Source of the DNA: Anaeroplasmataceae bacterium | GTDB taxonomy: Bacteria > Bacillota_I > Bacilli_A > Acholeplasmatales > Anaeroplasmataceae | Length of the DNA stretch: 24,000 nucleotides | Reading direction: 5' to 3' | Assembly: GCA_031553215.1 (NCBI GenBank) | Contig: JAVBLW010000003.1 | Coordinates: 99,411 to 123,410 of the forward strand | Part shown: piece after piece, positions 1 through 7,638 of the stretch | Position numbering within the stretch: position 1 is the first letter of the stretch | How the letters are laid out: every line of letters starts with the position of its first letter | The notes under the pieces: model-generated | The model's database searches: none | Told to the model about the DNA's origin: nothing | Seen by the model: only the letters and a program-made list of their open reading frames with translations | Translations under genes and position numbers: made by a program

Positions 1-52
1 TTCGCTTTTGAAAGCTTATATAAAGAAGATAACATAGAATATATGAAAATTT

Positions 53-679
53 ATGTTTCAATTGAAGGATAAAATGAAAACTATTACAATTGGCGATAAA
101 ATAGTATTCGGAAAATATAATTGGCTGGTTTTGGAGATTAGAGAGGATAAAATTTTAATTATAACAGAAGGAATAATAGAACGACGTGCCTATCATAACA
201 CTTATAAAAATATTACTTGGTCAGAATGTAGTTTAAGGAAATATCTTAATGAAGAATTTTATAATAAATTTAGCGAAGAAGAAAGATTAAAGATTATGCC
301 AGTAATAAATAAAAATCCTAATAATGCGTGGTTTGATACTATAGGTGGGGAAGATACTGAAGACAAAATATTTATATTGAATCTTGAAGAAGTTGCGTGC
401 AAATACTTTGGTGATAGTAGCAAAAAATTATATAATAAAGGAAAAAATCAAAATTATTGGTTTCAAAGAAAAGATGAAAATAATGATAAAAGAATAGTTA
501 AGGTTGATGGGCGTAAAGCTTGGTGGTGGATTAGAACACCTGGTAGGGTTAGCCTAAAAGCTGTTTATATCCATGGTGATGGTAATATAGGCATCCAAGG
601 GAATAATATATTAAAAGGAAATCTTAGTGAAGGTTATAATAAAGGTGGGGTTCGTCCAGCTTTATGGTTAAAATTATAG
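53..679 (+). CDS. DUF6273-like protein of unknown function
   Basis: 208-aa ORF. Motifs FGKYNWLVL, ITWSECSLRKYLN, WWWIRTPG and GGVRPALWLKL match the signature I associate with the clostridial DUF6273 family. No signal peptide or TM segment. An in-frame ATG at 74 preceded by GAAGGA is an alternative start. Confidence 0.6.
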   Translation: MFQLKDKMKTITIGDKIVFGKYNWLVLEIREDKILIITEGIIERRAYHNTYKNITWSECSLRKYLNEEFYNKFSEEERLKIMPVINKNPNNAWFDTIGGEDTEDKIFILNLEEVACKYFGDSSKKLYNKGKNQNYWFQRKDENNDKRIVKVDGRKAWWWIRTPGRVSLKAVYIHGDGNIGIQGNNILKGNLSEGYNKGGVRPALWLKL

Positions 680-700
680 TTTGAAGGAGAAATATTAAAA

Positions 701-1174
701 ATGAGTAAATATGAAGAAGGAATGGAATTATTAGATAAAAAATTTGGTAGTGGTAAGGATAATGTAATAGCACTTGCAACAATTTCTTTAGAACTTAGTG
801 AAGAAGGAAATCCAAAGCCGTGTGTCAGAGATGTAGATGCATTCTATGAAGATGGGGTATTTTATATAACAACACATGCACTATCAAATAAAATAAAGCA
901 AATAGAGAAAAATCAAGAAGTTTCAATTTCAGCCAATTTCGAGGATTTTTTCAGCAGTGGTAAAGCAAAAAATTTAGGTTGGGTTTTAAAGCCAAATAAT
1001 GCCGATTTAAGAGCTAAGTTACGTAAGATTTTTTCAAACTGGTATGATTTAGCAAATAATGAAAAAGATGAGAATTGTTGTATCCTTGCGATCTATTTAA
1101 CAAAAGGAACACTTAGGGTAGACCATGGAGCAAAGTTCTATCACTTTGACTTTATAAATAAGACGGCAAAATAG
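701..1174 (+). CDS. pyridoxamine 5'-phosphate oxidase-like (FMN-binding split-barrel) family protein
   Basis: 157-aa ORF with SD GAAGGAG about 10 nt upstream. The pattern NVIALATIS..G.P..R.VDAFYEDGVFYITTH..S.K..QI..N..VSIS is typical of general-stress-protein-26/PNPOx-like proteins. Confidence 0.5.
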   Translation: MSKYEEGMELLDKKFGSGKDNVIALATISLELSEEGNPKPCVRDVDAFYEDGVFYITTHALSNKIKQIEKNQEVSISANFEDFFSSGKAKNLGWVLKPNNADLRAKLRKIFSNWYDLANNEKDENCCILAIYLTKGTLRVDHGAKFYHFDFINKTAK

Positions 1175-1210
1175 TATTTAAATAAATTAGAAAAAAGTTA
1201 TGATATATTT

Positions 1211-1249
1211 AAAAGAGATTGATTCCTATTAATCTCTTTTCTTTTTTTA
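1211..1249 (+). terminator. rho-independent terminator after the PNPOx-like gene
   Basis: Perfect 10-bp stem AAAAGAGATT (1211-1220) / AATCTCTTTT (1231-1240), 10-nt loop, followed by CTTTTTTT. Confidence 0.65.
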
Positions 1250-1348
1250 TAGAACCAAATTAAAATATAATATGATATTTTTGCAATAATAATTTATTAA
1301 AGAACACTAATTTGTTTTAATTATATAATTGTATATATTTGAAAAATG

Positions 1349-1377
1349 TTTACATTTAATTATGTTTATGATATAGT
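1349..1377 (+). promoter_or_regulatory. sigma-A-type promoter for the flavodoxin-fold gene
   Basis: TTTACA (1349-1354), 17-nt spacer, TGaTATAGT extended -10 (1369-1377), about 40 nt upstream of the ATG at 1418. Confidence 0.45.
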
Positions 1378-1417
1378 ATTCCAAATAATAAAAGACTAGT
1401 GTACTTGGAGTGATAAG

Positions 1418-1957
1418 ATGAAAATATTAATTATGAATTGTAGTCCAGTAAGAAGTGGAGCAACCGCCGAAATAGGAAATATCGTATCAGAATTTTTGAA
1501 AGAACAAAATGAATTAAAATATATTTGTATAGATGATTATAAATTTAATTTTTGTAAAGGTTGTAGGAGCTGCCATAATACTGCAAAATGTATCCAACGT
1601 GATGATTTTGATAAGATAATTGATTTATATGAGTGGGCAGACATTATTATATCTATATCACCATCTTATTGGGCAGATATTCCTGGACAATTTAAAGCTT
1701 TTATTGATAGATGCACCCCTTGGTGTAATACTCATGAACCGCATGCTAGTTTAAATAAAGGCAAAAAAGGATATATAATTGCCTTAAGGACTGGGCCAAG
1801 CATGAGGGAATGTAATAGAATTATTGAAAGTATAGAACATTTCTATGGTCATTTAGAAATAGAATGTTGTGGTAATTTAGGTTTGTGTTCTTTAGAAAAT
1901 AAAGATTCAGTAGAAGGAAGAAAAGTAGAAATAATAGAATTTTGTAAAAAAATTTAA
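1418..1957 (+). CDS. flavodoxin-fold NAD(P)H-dependent FMN reductase / iron-sulfur flavoprotein-like protein
   Basis: 179 aa. N-terminal MKILIMNCSPVRSG, CKGCRSCHNTAKC cysteine cluster, and ADIIIS.SPSYWADIPGQFKAFIDR, as in flavodoxin-family multimeric flavoproteins. SD GGAG upstream. Confidence 0.65.
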   Translation: MKILIMNCSPVRSGATAEIGNIVSEFLKEQNELKYICIDDYKFNFCKGCRSCHNTAKCIQRDDFDKIIDLYEWADIIISISPSYWADIPGQFKAFIDRCTPWCNTHEPHASLNKGKKGYIIALRTGPSMRECNRIIESIEHFYGHLEIECCGNLGLCSLENKDSVEGRKVEIIEFCKKI

Positions 1958-1996
1958 GTTAAATTAACAAAAAAAATTCTTATTATAAAATATTCA

Positions 1997-2044
1997 TTGA
2001 CAATATGACATGTGTGTCATATAATATTTGTGACGCGCGTGTCA
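1997..2044 (+). promoter_or_regulatory. consensus sigma-A promoter with two TGAC-N6-GTCA dyads (probable TetR operators)
   Basis: TTGACA (1997-2002), 17 nt, TATAAT (2020-2025). Dyad 1 TGACATGTGTGTCA (2006-2019) fills the spacer. Dyad 2 TGACGCGCGTGTCA (2031-2044) lies just downstream of the -10. The tetR-family gene starts at 2071. Confidence 0.6.
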
Positions 2045-2070
2045 TTTTAATTAAAGGATGGTAATATATT

Positions 2071-2652
2071 ATGTCAAATCGTTCAAATGAGAAGAAATTA
2101 TTAATTTTAGAAAAGGCAAAATCAGTGTTTTTGAGAAGAGGATATAATGGTGTTACGATGAAAGACATTATTGATGAATGTGAAATTAGTCGTGGTGGTA
2201 TCTATTTATATTTTAATTCAGTGGATGAAATTTTTATGGATGTAATTCAACTTCATAATGATAAAAAACTTATTCAACTTCAACTTAATATAAAAGACTA
2301 TGAAAGCTTTCAAGAATTACTTGATAATTTTTTTCATATGCAGACGGAAAGACTATTACATATGGAAAATAGCTTAATGCTTGCGATGTATGAATTTTTT
2401 TTATCACATAAAGATCAATTAGATAAGAATTTTTTCTCTAATCAATTTAACAACACAAAAGCAATGATTTTAGAAATTCTTACATTTGGCGCTACAAAGG
2501 GAATAGCAAGACAAGATTCAATTAATGAATTATCAGAAATGATCATGCTTGTTATCGAAGGACTTAGTATATTTTCAATGACAAGTGGTGTTAAAAAAGA
2601 TCTTATTGATTCACAATTTACATTGTTAAAAAGTATCATCCTCCAATCTTAA
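2071..2652 (+). CDS. TetR/AcrR family transcriptional regulator
   Basis: 193 aa. N-terminal HTH signature KAKSVFLRRGYNGVTMKDIIDECEISRGGIYLYFNSVDEIF, with an all-helical C-terminal ligand domain. Confidence 0.85.
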   Translation: MSNRSNEKKLLILEKAKSVFLRRGYNGVTMKDIIDECEISRGGIYLYFNSVDEIFMDVIQLHNDKKLIQLQLNIKDYESFQELLDNFFHMQTERLLHMENSLMLAMYEFFLSHKDQLDKNFFSNQFNNTKAMILEILTFGATKGIARQDSINELSEMIMLVIEGLSIFSMTSGVKKDLIDSQFTLLKSIILQS

Positions 2653-2665
2653 GAAGGAGTTTCTA

Positions 2666-3289
2666 ATGAATAATAGAAAAGTATTATTTCTTACACAATT
2701 TTCTGTGTTAGTTGCCATTGAGGCAATATTTTGTTTCACCCCATTGGGATCTTTGCCTGCTATTGGACCAATAGTAGCAACTTTAGCAATGATACCAGTG
2801 ATTTTAACTGCTTTACTATTAGGAACCAAAGCAGGAACAATTATGGGAGCAATAACGGGGTTATTTAGTTTTATAGTATGGACGTTTATGCCACCAACAC
2901 CAGTTGCTGCGTTTGTTTTTACACCTTTTTATTCTCTTGGTGAATTTAAAGGTAATTTTGGAAGTGTAATAATTTGTTTTGTACCACGAATTTTGACTGG
3001 TACACTTACAGGAATAACTTATAGTGGTTTATCTAAACTTATGCCAAAAAGGAATGGATTAGCTCTTAGCATTAGCGGTGGAATTGGTAGTTTGATAAAT
3101 ACATTTGGAGTAATGATTGGGATATGGTTATTTTTTGGTGACCAATATTCAACAATTGCAGGAAAGTCAATTTACATTGTTATTGGAGTGACCATTTTAA
3201 CAAGTGGGTTTCCTGAGGCTATTGTAAGTGCAATAGCATCACCAGCTGTGTGTAAACCACTCCAAATAATAATGAAAAAAGAATACTAG
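2666..3289 (+). CDS. ECF-transporter S-component-like integral membrane protein (substrate unknown)
   Basis: 207 aa, about 6 hydrophobic helices, starts 13 nt after the tetR stop with SD GAAGGAG. LTQFSVLVAIEAI...MIPVILTALLLGTKAGTIMGAITG resembles the PF12822-type S component. No ECF A/T genes in the window. Confidence 0.55.
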   Translation: MNNRKVLFLTQFSVLVAIEAIFCFTPLGSLPAIGPIVATLAMIPVILTALLLGTKAGTIMGAITGLFSFIVWTFMPPTPVAAFVFTPFYSLGEFKGNFGSVIICFVPRILTGTLTGITYSGLSKLMPKRNGLALSISGGIGSLINTFGVMIGIWLFFGDQYSTIAGKSIYIVIGVTILTSGFPEAIVSAIASPAVCKPLQIIMKKEY

Positions 3290-3333
3290 ATTCATTCTAA
3301 TAAATATAGTATTTCTTCATATATATGAATAGT

Positions 3334-3362
3334 TAGAAAAATTCATTGATATTTGGTATAAT
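3334..3362 (+). promoter_or_regulatory. putative extended -10 promoter for the zinc-ribbon gene
   Basis: TAGAAA (3334-3339), 17 nt, TGgTATAAT (3354-3362), about 35 nt upstream of ATG 3397 (SD GGAGG). Confidence 0.4.
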
Positions 3363-3396
3363 TGAATTAATAAATTAAATCTTTTGGAGGAAAATT

Positions 3397-3741
3397 ATGA
3401 AATTATGTCAAAGCTGTGGAATGAATATAGAAGAAAATAAATATAAAGGTACAAATGCTGATAAAACTTTGTCGGAGGAATATTGTTCATTTTGTTTTGA
3501 AAATGGAAATTTTACCAATACTTTTTCCCTAGATGAACAAGTTGAGATTGGATTAAACTATTCTCCGGAATATAAAAATGCTGAATCACAAGAAGAAAAG
3601 AACCTGATAAGATTGCAAGCTAAGCAATATTTATCAAATTTGAAAAGATGGTATTGTACTTGTACAGAGAAATGTGCCAGTGGTTATAATCCAAATTGCA
3701 ATTGTACCTCTAGTGAATGTCACTGTAGGGAAAAACATTAA
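3397..3741 (+). CDS. putative zinc-ribbon domain protein with Cys-rich C-terminal tail
   Basis: 114 aa. N-terminus CQSCGM...(20 aa)...YCSFCFENGNFT is the 'putative zinc ribbon' (Zn_ribbon_2-like) pattern. The C-terminus WYCTCTEKCASGYNPNCNCTSSECHCREKH carries 7 Cys and 2 His. Confidence 0.6.
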   Translation: MKLCQSCGMNIEENKYKGTNADKTLSEEYCSFCFENGNFTNTFSLDEQVEIGLNYSPEYKNAESQEEKNLIRLQAKQYLSNLKRWYCTCTEKCASGYNPNCNCTSSECHCREKH

Positions 3742-3979
3742 GCTTTTGAGAATCTTTTATACAAAAATAAAAAATGATACTAATATTTAATTACTAGGAC
3801 AATTATTACTTATAAACTGCATATTTTTTTATATTGTATTGAATATTTTAGCATTTTTATTTTAGAAAACTAAAAATTATCTCTATATATAATTTTTATA
3901 AATAACAGGAAAACTAATTTATAGTGGTATTATTTTTGATACTAAAAGGATAAAATTTAAAAAAAATAAAATTACCCTC

Positions 3980-4010
3980 TTGACTCTTCCTTTAGGTAAT
4001 CCATTATATT
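3980..4010 (+). promoter_or_regulatory. candidate MerR-type promoter with a long (19-nt) spacer
   Basis: TTGACT (3980-3985), 19-nt spacer, TATATT (4005-4010), 38 nt upstream of the merR-family ATG. The inverted repeat ATTACC (3971-3976) / GGTAAT (3995-4000) brackets the -35. Confidence 0.35.
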
Positions 4011-4047
4011 AAACTTGTCCAATAATATAGAGATGAGGTAAAAGGAA

Positions 4048-5019
4048 ATGAATAATTTAATAAAAATAAAAGATGTATCAAGTAAATATGACATTACAGC
4101 TCGTACACTGCGTTATTATGAAGATATGGGATTACTATCAAGTATCCGAGGAGAAGACTATAAATATAGAATGTACGATGAAGATGCTATTATAAGATTA
4201 GAGCAAATACTTATTTTGCGTAAATTGAATATTAGCATAAAAGATATTCAACGTGTTTTCAGTACTTCGGGTTCTAATGCAGTATTAGACGTATTAGGTA
4301 AAAAAGTTCAAAATATTGATGATGAAGTTGCACTTCTACATGAACTAAAGGAAATCGTATTAGATTTTATACATGAGATTGAACAAGTAAATTTTACGGA
4401 CACATCAGATATAAAATTACTTTATAGTAAAGCAAAGGATATTGAAACACAATTGGTAAGCATTGACTATATTGGAAAACCATCTAATATAAATCGTTTA
4501 ATTGAAATAACAGATAAATTAGATAATAAAATTCCTGATGTAATGGTTGTAAAAATTCCAAAATTCAAAGCAGTAACATCTGGAATACATACATGGGAAG
4601 AAATGTTTAAAAAAGGTGGCTATATGTATCAATTATGGCAACATGCACATTTATATAAACCTATAATTTTTGACTGCCTAGATTTTTTATTACTTAAAAA
4701 TGATAAAGCAGAATGGATATGTGCCGTTAAAGATGGTGTGACAGAATCAGATATAGGTCCATTCAAATTAGTCGATTTCTCAGGTGGATTATATGCTATG
4801 GCAGTAAGTATTGATGAAGATGATGAGAGTATAATAAAAGTAGAAGAAAAAATTTGCCGTTGGATCGAAAGAACAAATTTTGAGCTTGATAGAAGTCGTG
4901 ATTTTATGTTCAATATGCCTTACATAGAGGAAGGTAATGCACCTAAAGAAATCGAAAAAGGTCTTGGATATAGACAAATGCAAAGATATATTCCAATTAA
5001 ATTAAAAGAAGGAATCTAA
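4048..5019 (+). CDS. MerR family transcriptional regulator with C-terminal GyrI-like/effector-binding domain
   Basis: 323 aa. N-terminal IKDVSSKYDITARTLRYYEDMGLL...YR.Y is the MerR HTH, followed by a helical linker. The C-terminal half (KFKAVTSG...FSGGLYAMAV...) resembles the effector-binding domain of BmrR-type regulators. No metal-sensing Cys pair. Confidence 0.8.
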   Translation: MNNLIKIKDVSSKYDITARTLRYYEDMGLLSSIRGEDYKYRMYDEDAIIRLEQILILRKLNISIKDIQRVFSTSGSNAVLDVLGKKVQNIDDEVALLHELKEIVLDFIHEIEQVNFTDTSDIKLLYSKAKDIETQLVSIDYIGKPSNINRLIEITDKLDNKIPDVMVVKIPKFKAVTSGIHTWEEMFKKGGYMYQLWQHAHLYKPIIFDCLDFLLLKNDKAEWICAVKDGVTESDIGPFKLVDFSGGLYAMAVSIDEDDESIIKVEEKICRWIERTNFELDRSRDFMFNMPYIEEGNAPKEIEKGLGYRQMQRYIPIKLKEGI

Positions 5020-5055
5020 TAATTATAACCTTTTTATAAGAAAAGAAGTGAACTA

Positions 5056-6090
5056 ATGAGAAAAACACTAAAAGATTTGGCAAGATATTTAAAGAGCATT
5101 GTTGTATCTACTACCCAAGAAAAATATAAGATATTACCTAGATTTGAAAGTATTTCAAATGAAGGTAATATTCGTAAAGCGATCATAGATTTCAATGAAT
5201 TTTTAATTAAATTATATGATGTTCTAAATATTAAAGGTGATTTATATGATAATGACAAAAAAGTAGCTCATGAATATGAAAATAGAACAACACTTTCAGT
5301 TTATTATCCATTTTTACATAATGTAAAGACCTTGTTAATGAAAATTGGATACAGTGGTGAATTGGTAGAAGATAATCAATTTATTCTATGTAGTAATAAT
5401 ATATTTAATGAAAAGCTCCCAATTTCAAAAAATATAGAATGTCTTAAGTTTTTAACTGATTGTGGTATATTGATTGAGGGTATCGATTTAACTGATAAAA
5501 AACTGCTCTTATCAGATATTAAAACTATAAAAATATCTTATCCTATAAATCCTTCAATGCTAATTGGACTAAAGGCGATGTCAATAGCTGAAATTGAATT
5601 GGGCACGCTTGACAACCAGGATATTTTCTTACGATGTGATTATAGGGTATTGAAAAAGGATGAAACTAATGTTCTTGATGTAATAAAGGACAGCATTAAA
5701 TATTTATCTAATGAAGTTCAAGAATATATACTTGAATTGCATCAATATTATATTGATAAAGGACTTAAGTGCATTATAGAAATAAAGGGCTTTTGGATAT
5801 TTATTAAATATACTTATAAGAGAAAAGAATTATGGGGAGTAAATATTTCACTTAATAATGGTTTTCAAATAAATATAAAAGCGGTAAATACACATGAATA
5901 TATTGATCTTATTCAAAATTTTCCTTTATATTTACAAGAAATAATTTCAAGGGGATATGGATGTGGAAGAAAAAGGAACGGTTGTTGTGATGGCGGTTGC
6001 AGAGGGCTTATCATATCATTAGATGATTCATTTGGCGGTATTACAAATATTATTAAAATGTGGCTTGATACAGAAATATTGTTTTTATGA
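5056..6090 (+). CDS. hypothetical protein with C-terminal Cys cluster (no family recognised)
   Basis: 344-aa ORF 36 nt downstream of merR on the same strand, preceded by AAGAAGTGA. Coherent coding composition. C-terminal GYGCGRKRNGCCDGGCRG. I do not recognise the family. Confidence 0.6.
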   Translation: MRKTLKDLARYLKSIVVSTTQEKYKILPRFESISNEGNIRKAIIDFNEFLIKLYDVLNIKGDLYDNDKKVAHEYENRTTLSVYYPFLHNVKTLLMKIGYSGELVEDNQFILCSNNIFNEKLPISKNIECLKFLTDCGILIEGIDLTDKKLLLSDIKTIKISYPINPSMLIGLKAMSIAEIELGTLDNQDIFLRCDYRVLKKDETNVLDVIKDSIKYLSNEVQEYILELHQYYIDKGLKCIIEIKGFWIFIKYTYKRKELWGVNISLNNGFQINIKAVNTHEYIDLIQNFPLYLQEIISRGYGCGRKRNGCCDGGCRGLIISLDDSFGGITNIIKMWLDTEILFL

Positions 6091-6140
6091 TATAGATATC
6101 TTATAACATAAATAAAAAAAGATATTAGTTATATAATGAA

Positions 6141-6185
6141 CCCCAAAGTTTTGATTTAATATGCAAAACTGAAGGGTTTTTTTTT
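6141..6185 (+). terminator. rho-independent terminator after the 344-aa ORF
   Basis: CCC..AGTTTTG (6141-6152) pairs with CAAAACT..GGG (6163-6175) across an internal loop, followed by a run of about 9 T. Confidence 0.5.
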
Positions 6186-6346
6186 GTAATAAAAATATAA
6201 AGATAAAATAGAAATAATTTATATTTATAAAATCTTAAAAGAATATTTTATCCAAAAAAGTCTTCAAAAAATCAAGTACTAGGCGTTATAATTATCCAAA
6301 AATAATGCATTTGTCATAGACTAATTTAGATAGGTGAGAATGCTTT

Positions 6347-7381
6347 ATGAATGATAAAGATAAATGCAGTAAAAAAAATATATATTGTCGAGGACCAAAG
6401 GGTGAAAAAGGTGATCCTGGACCAAAAGGTCCACGCGGATGTCGAGGATTAGTTGGACCAAAAGGGGAACAAGGATTAAAGGGAGAACAAGGAGACCCTG
6501 GTATACAGGGGGAACAAGGACCAAAAGGCGATAAAGGAGAGCCTGGTATACAAGGAGAACAAGGATTAAAGGGAGAAAAAGGGGACCCTGGTATACAGGG
6601 GGAACAAGGGCCAAAGGGTGAACAAGGACCAAAAGGCGATAAAGGAGAGCCTGGCATACAAGGAGAACAAGGACCAAAAGGAGATAAAGGAGACCCTGGA
6701 ATACAAGGGGAACAAGGAGTAAAAGGAGATAAAGGGGATCCTGGTATACAAGGAGAACAAGGATTAAAGGGAGATAAAGGGGATCCTGGTATACAGGGGG
6801 AACAAGGATTAAAGGGAGATAAAGGAGATCCTGGTATACAAGGAGAGCAAGGGCCAAAGGGAGATAAAGGGGATCCTGGTATACAGGGGGAACAAGGACC
6901 TACGGGTGTTTGTGACTGTCAAGATTTAATAGATAGAGTGACAGTTCTTGAAGAGACTATAGTTAATATCTATAATCAATTGACATATCTTGAAAGCTTT
7001 ATTTATTTATCAGATGTTACTCAAATTTGGACTACAACTGTTTCCTTGTTGGGAATTGGGACATCTGTAATTCATTCTGGATATACATATAATTTTTGGG
7101 GTATTGGTAGTTTAAATCATTTGCAAACCCTATCTAATTCAACTGTATATTATTTAATAACAGGAAATCAATATCCTGAGCTATCATATTATCAAGGAGA
7201 TACGACTATTGGTACACTTTGGATAGAGACTCCTTCAGGTAATTTATATACATTACCAATTCGCTTTGATGCTACAGGAATTTATTTTACTCCATCATCT
7301 CAGTTGACCAATCTTCCTATTGGCACAACCTTTAAGTTTACTCAGGCATTGATTTTAGTGGATCCAGATAGCAATAATTGA
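6347..7381 (+). CDS. collagen-like triple-helix repeat protein with coiled-coil neck and C-terminal globular domain
   Basis: 344 aa. SD AGGTGA lies 9 nt upstream. Residues 16-186 are 57 uninterrupted G-X-Y triplets. Then come CDC, a heptad segment, and about 125 aa of beta-rich sequence. No signal peptide. Confidence 0.9.
   Translation: MNDKDKCSKKNIYCRGPKGEKGDPGPKGPRGCRGLVGPKGEQGLKGEQGDPGIQGEQGPKGDKGEPGIQGEQGLKGEKGDPGIQGEQGPKGEQGPKGDKGEPGIQGEQGPKGDKGDPGIQGEQGVKGDKGDPGIQGEQGLKGDKGDPGIQGEQGLKGDKGDPGIQGEQGPKGDKGDPGIQGEQGPTGVCDCQDLIDRVTVLEETIVNIYNQLTYLESFIYLSDVTQIWTTTVSLLGIGTSVIHSGYTYNFWGIGSLNHLQTLSNSTVYYLITGNQYPELSYYQGDTTIGTLWIETPSGNLYTLPIRFDATGIYFTPSSQLTNLPIGTTFKFTQALILVDPDSNN
6392..6904 (+). 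repeat. in-frame tandem repeat (9-nt G-X-Y unit; higher-order 45-nt unit encoding [15 protein letters not shown])
   Basis: Direct reading shows near-identical 45-nt units (ggagataaaggggatcctggtatacagggggaacaaggattaaag and variants) repeated about 9-10 times. Confidence 0.9.
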
Positions 7382-7395
7382 TAGAAAAACTTTAT

Positions 7396-7440
7396 ACTTT
7401 CAATATATGCATATTAAATGTTTGTATTGAAAGTTTTTTC
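7396..7440 (+). terminator. rho-independent terminator after the collagen-like gene
   Basis: 10-bp stem ACTTTCAATA (7396-7405) / TATTGAAAGT (7425-7434), followed by TTTTT. Confidence 0.6.
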
Positions 7441-7638
7441 TATTAAATTTGTTAGCAAAAGAAAGTACACTTACTAAATTACATTATTATAAGGTATAGC
7501 ATTTTTAATAAATTTTTATATAAAAAAATATATTTTGACATTTTTCTACAAATATTCAAATTATATTAGAATTTTAAAAAAAATATATATAATATAAGTA
7601 ATTTTTTACTTTTTTTATAATATTTTTAACTTTTTTTC

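Noticed and set aside
1983-2829. Minus-strand ORFs 1983-2168, 2442-2639 and 2626-2829.
   Set aside because: They are antisense shadows of the tetR-family and ECF S-component genes in AT-rich DNA. They have no ribosome-binding sites or recognisable motifs.
3859-3877. The inverted repeat TTTTAG-aaaa-CTAAAA in the zinc-ribbon/merR intergenic region.
   Set aside because: It is a 6-bp AT-only stem without a convincing T-run, indistinguishable from chance in this composition.
4629-5258. Minus-strand ORFs 4629-4913, 4789-4983 and 5034-5258.
   Set aside because: They overlap well-supported plus-strand genes (merR-family and the 344-aa ORF). Their composition is typical of antisense translation of AT-rich coding DNA.
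6315-6323. CATAGACTA upstream of the collagen-like gene matches the sigma-K -10 pattern CATAnnnTA, which would fit an exosporium gene.
   Set aside because: There is no AC -35 element at the expected 16-17 nt distance. A 6-position match is expected by chance in AT-rich DNA. A TTCAAA-18-TATAAT sigma-A-like alternative exists at 6263-6292. It is left as untested.
6292-6857. Three long minus-strand ORFs (6292-6657, 6345-6857, 6566-6760) giving Pro/Ser/Leu-rich repetitive proteins.
   Set aside because: They are reverse-strand shadows of the G-X-Y tandem repeat. The plus-strand frame has an SD, a start, a non-repetitive C-terminal domain and a terminator, and the antisense frames have none of these.
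6392-6904. A regularly spaced repeat array that a naive repeat finder could flag as CRISPR.
   Set aside because: The units are contiguous 45-nt coding repeats with no unique spacers, and they lie in frame inside a collagen-like CDS. No cas genes are nearby.
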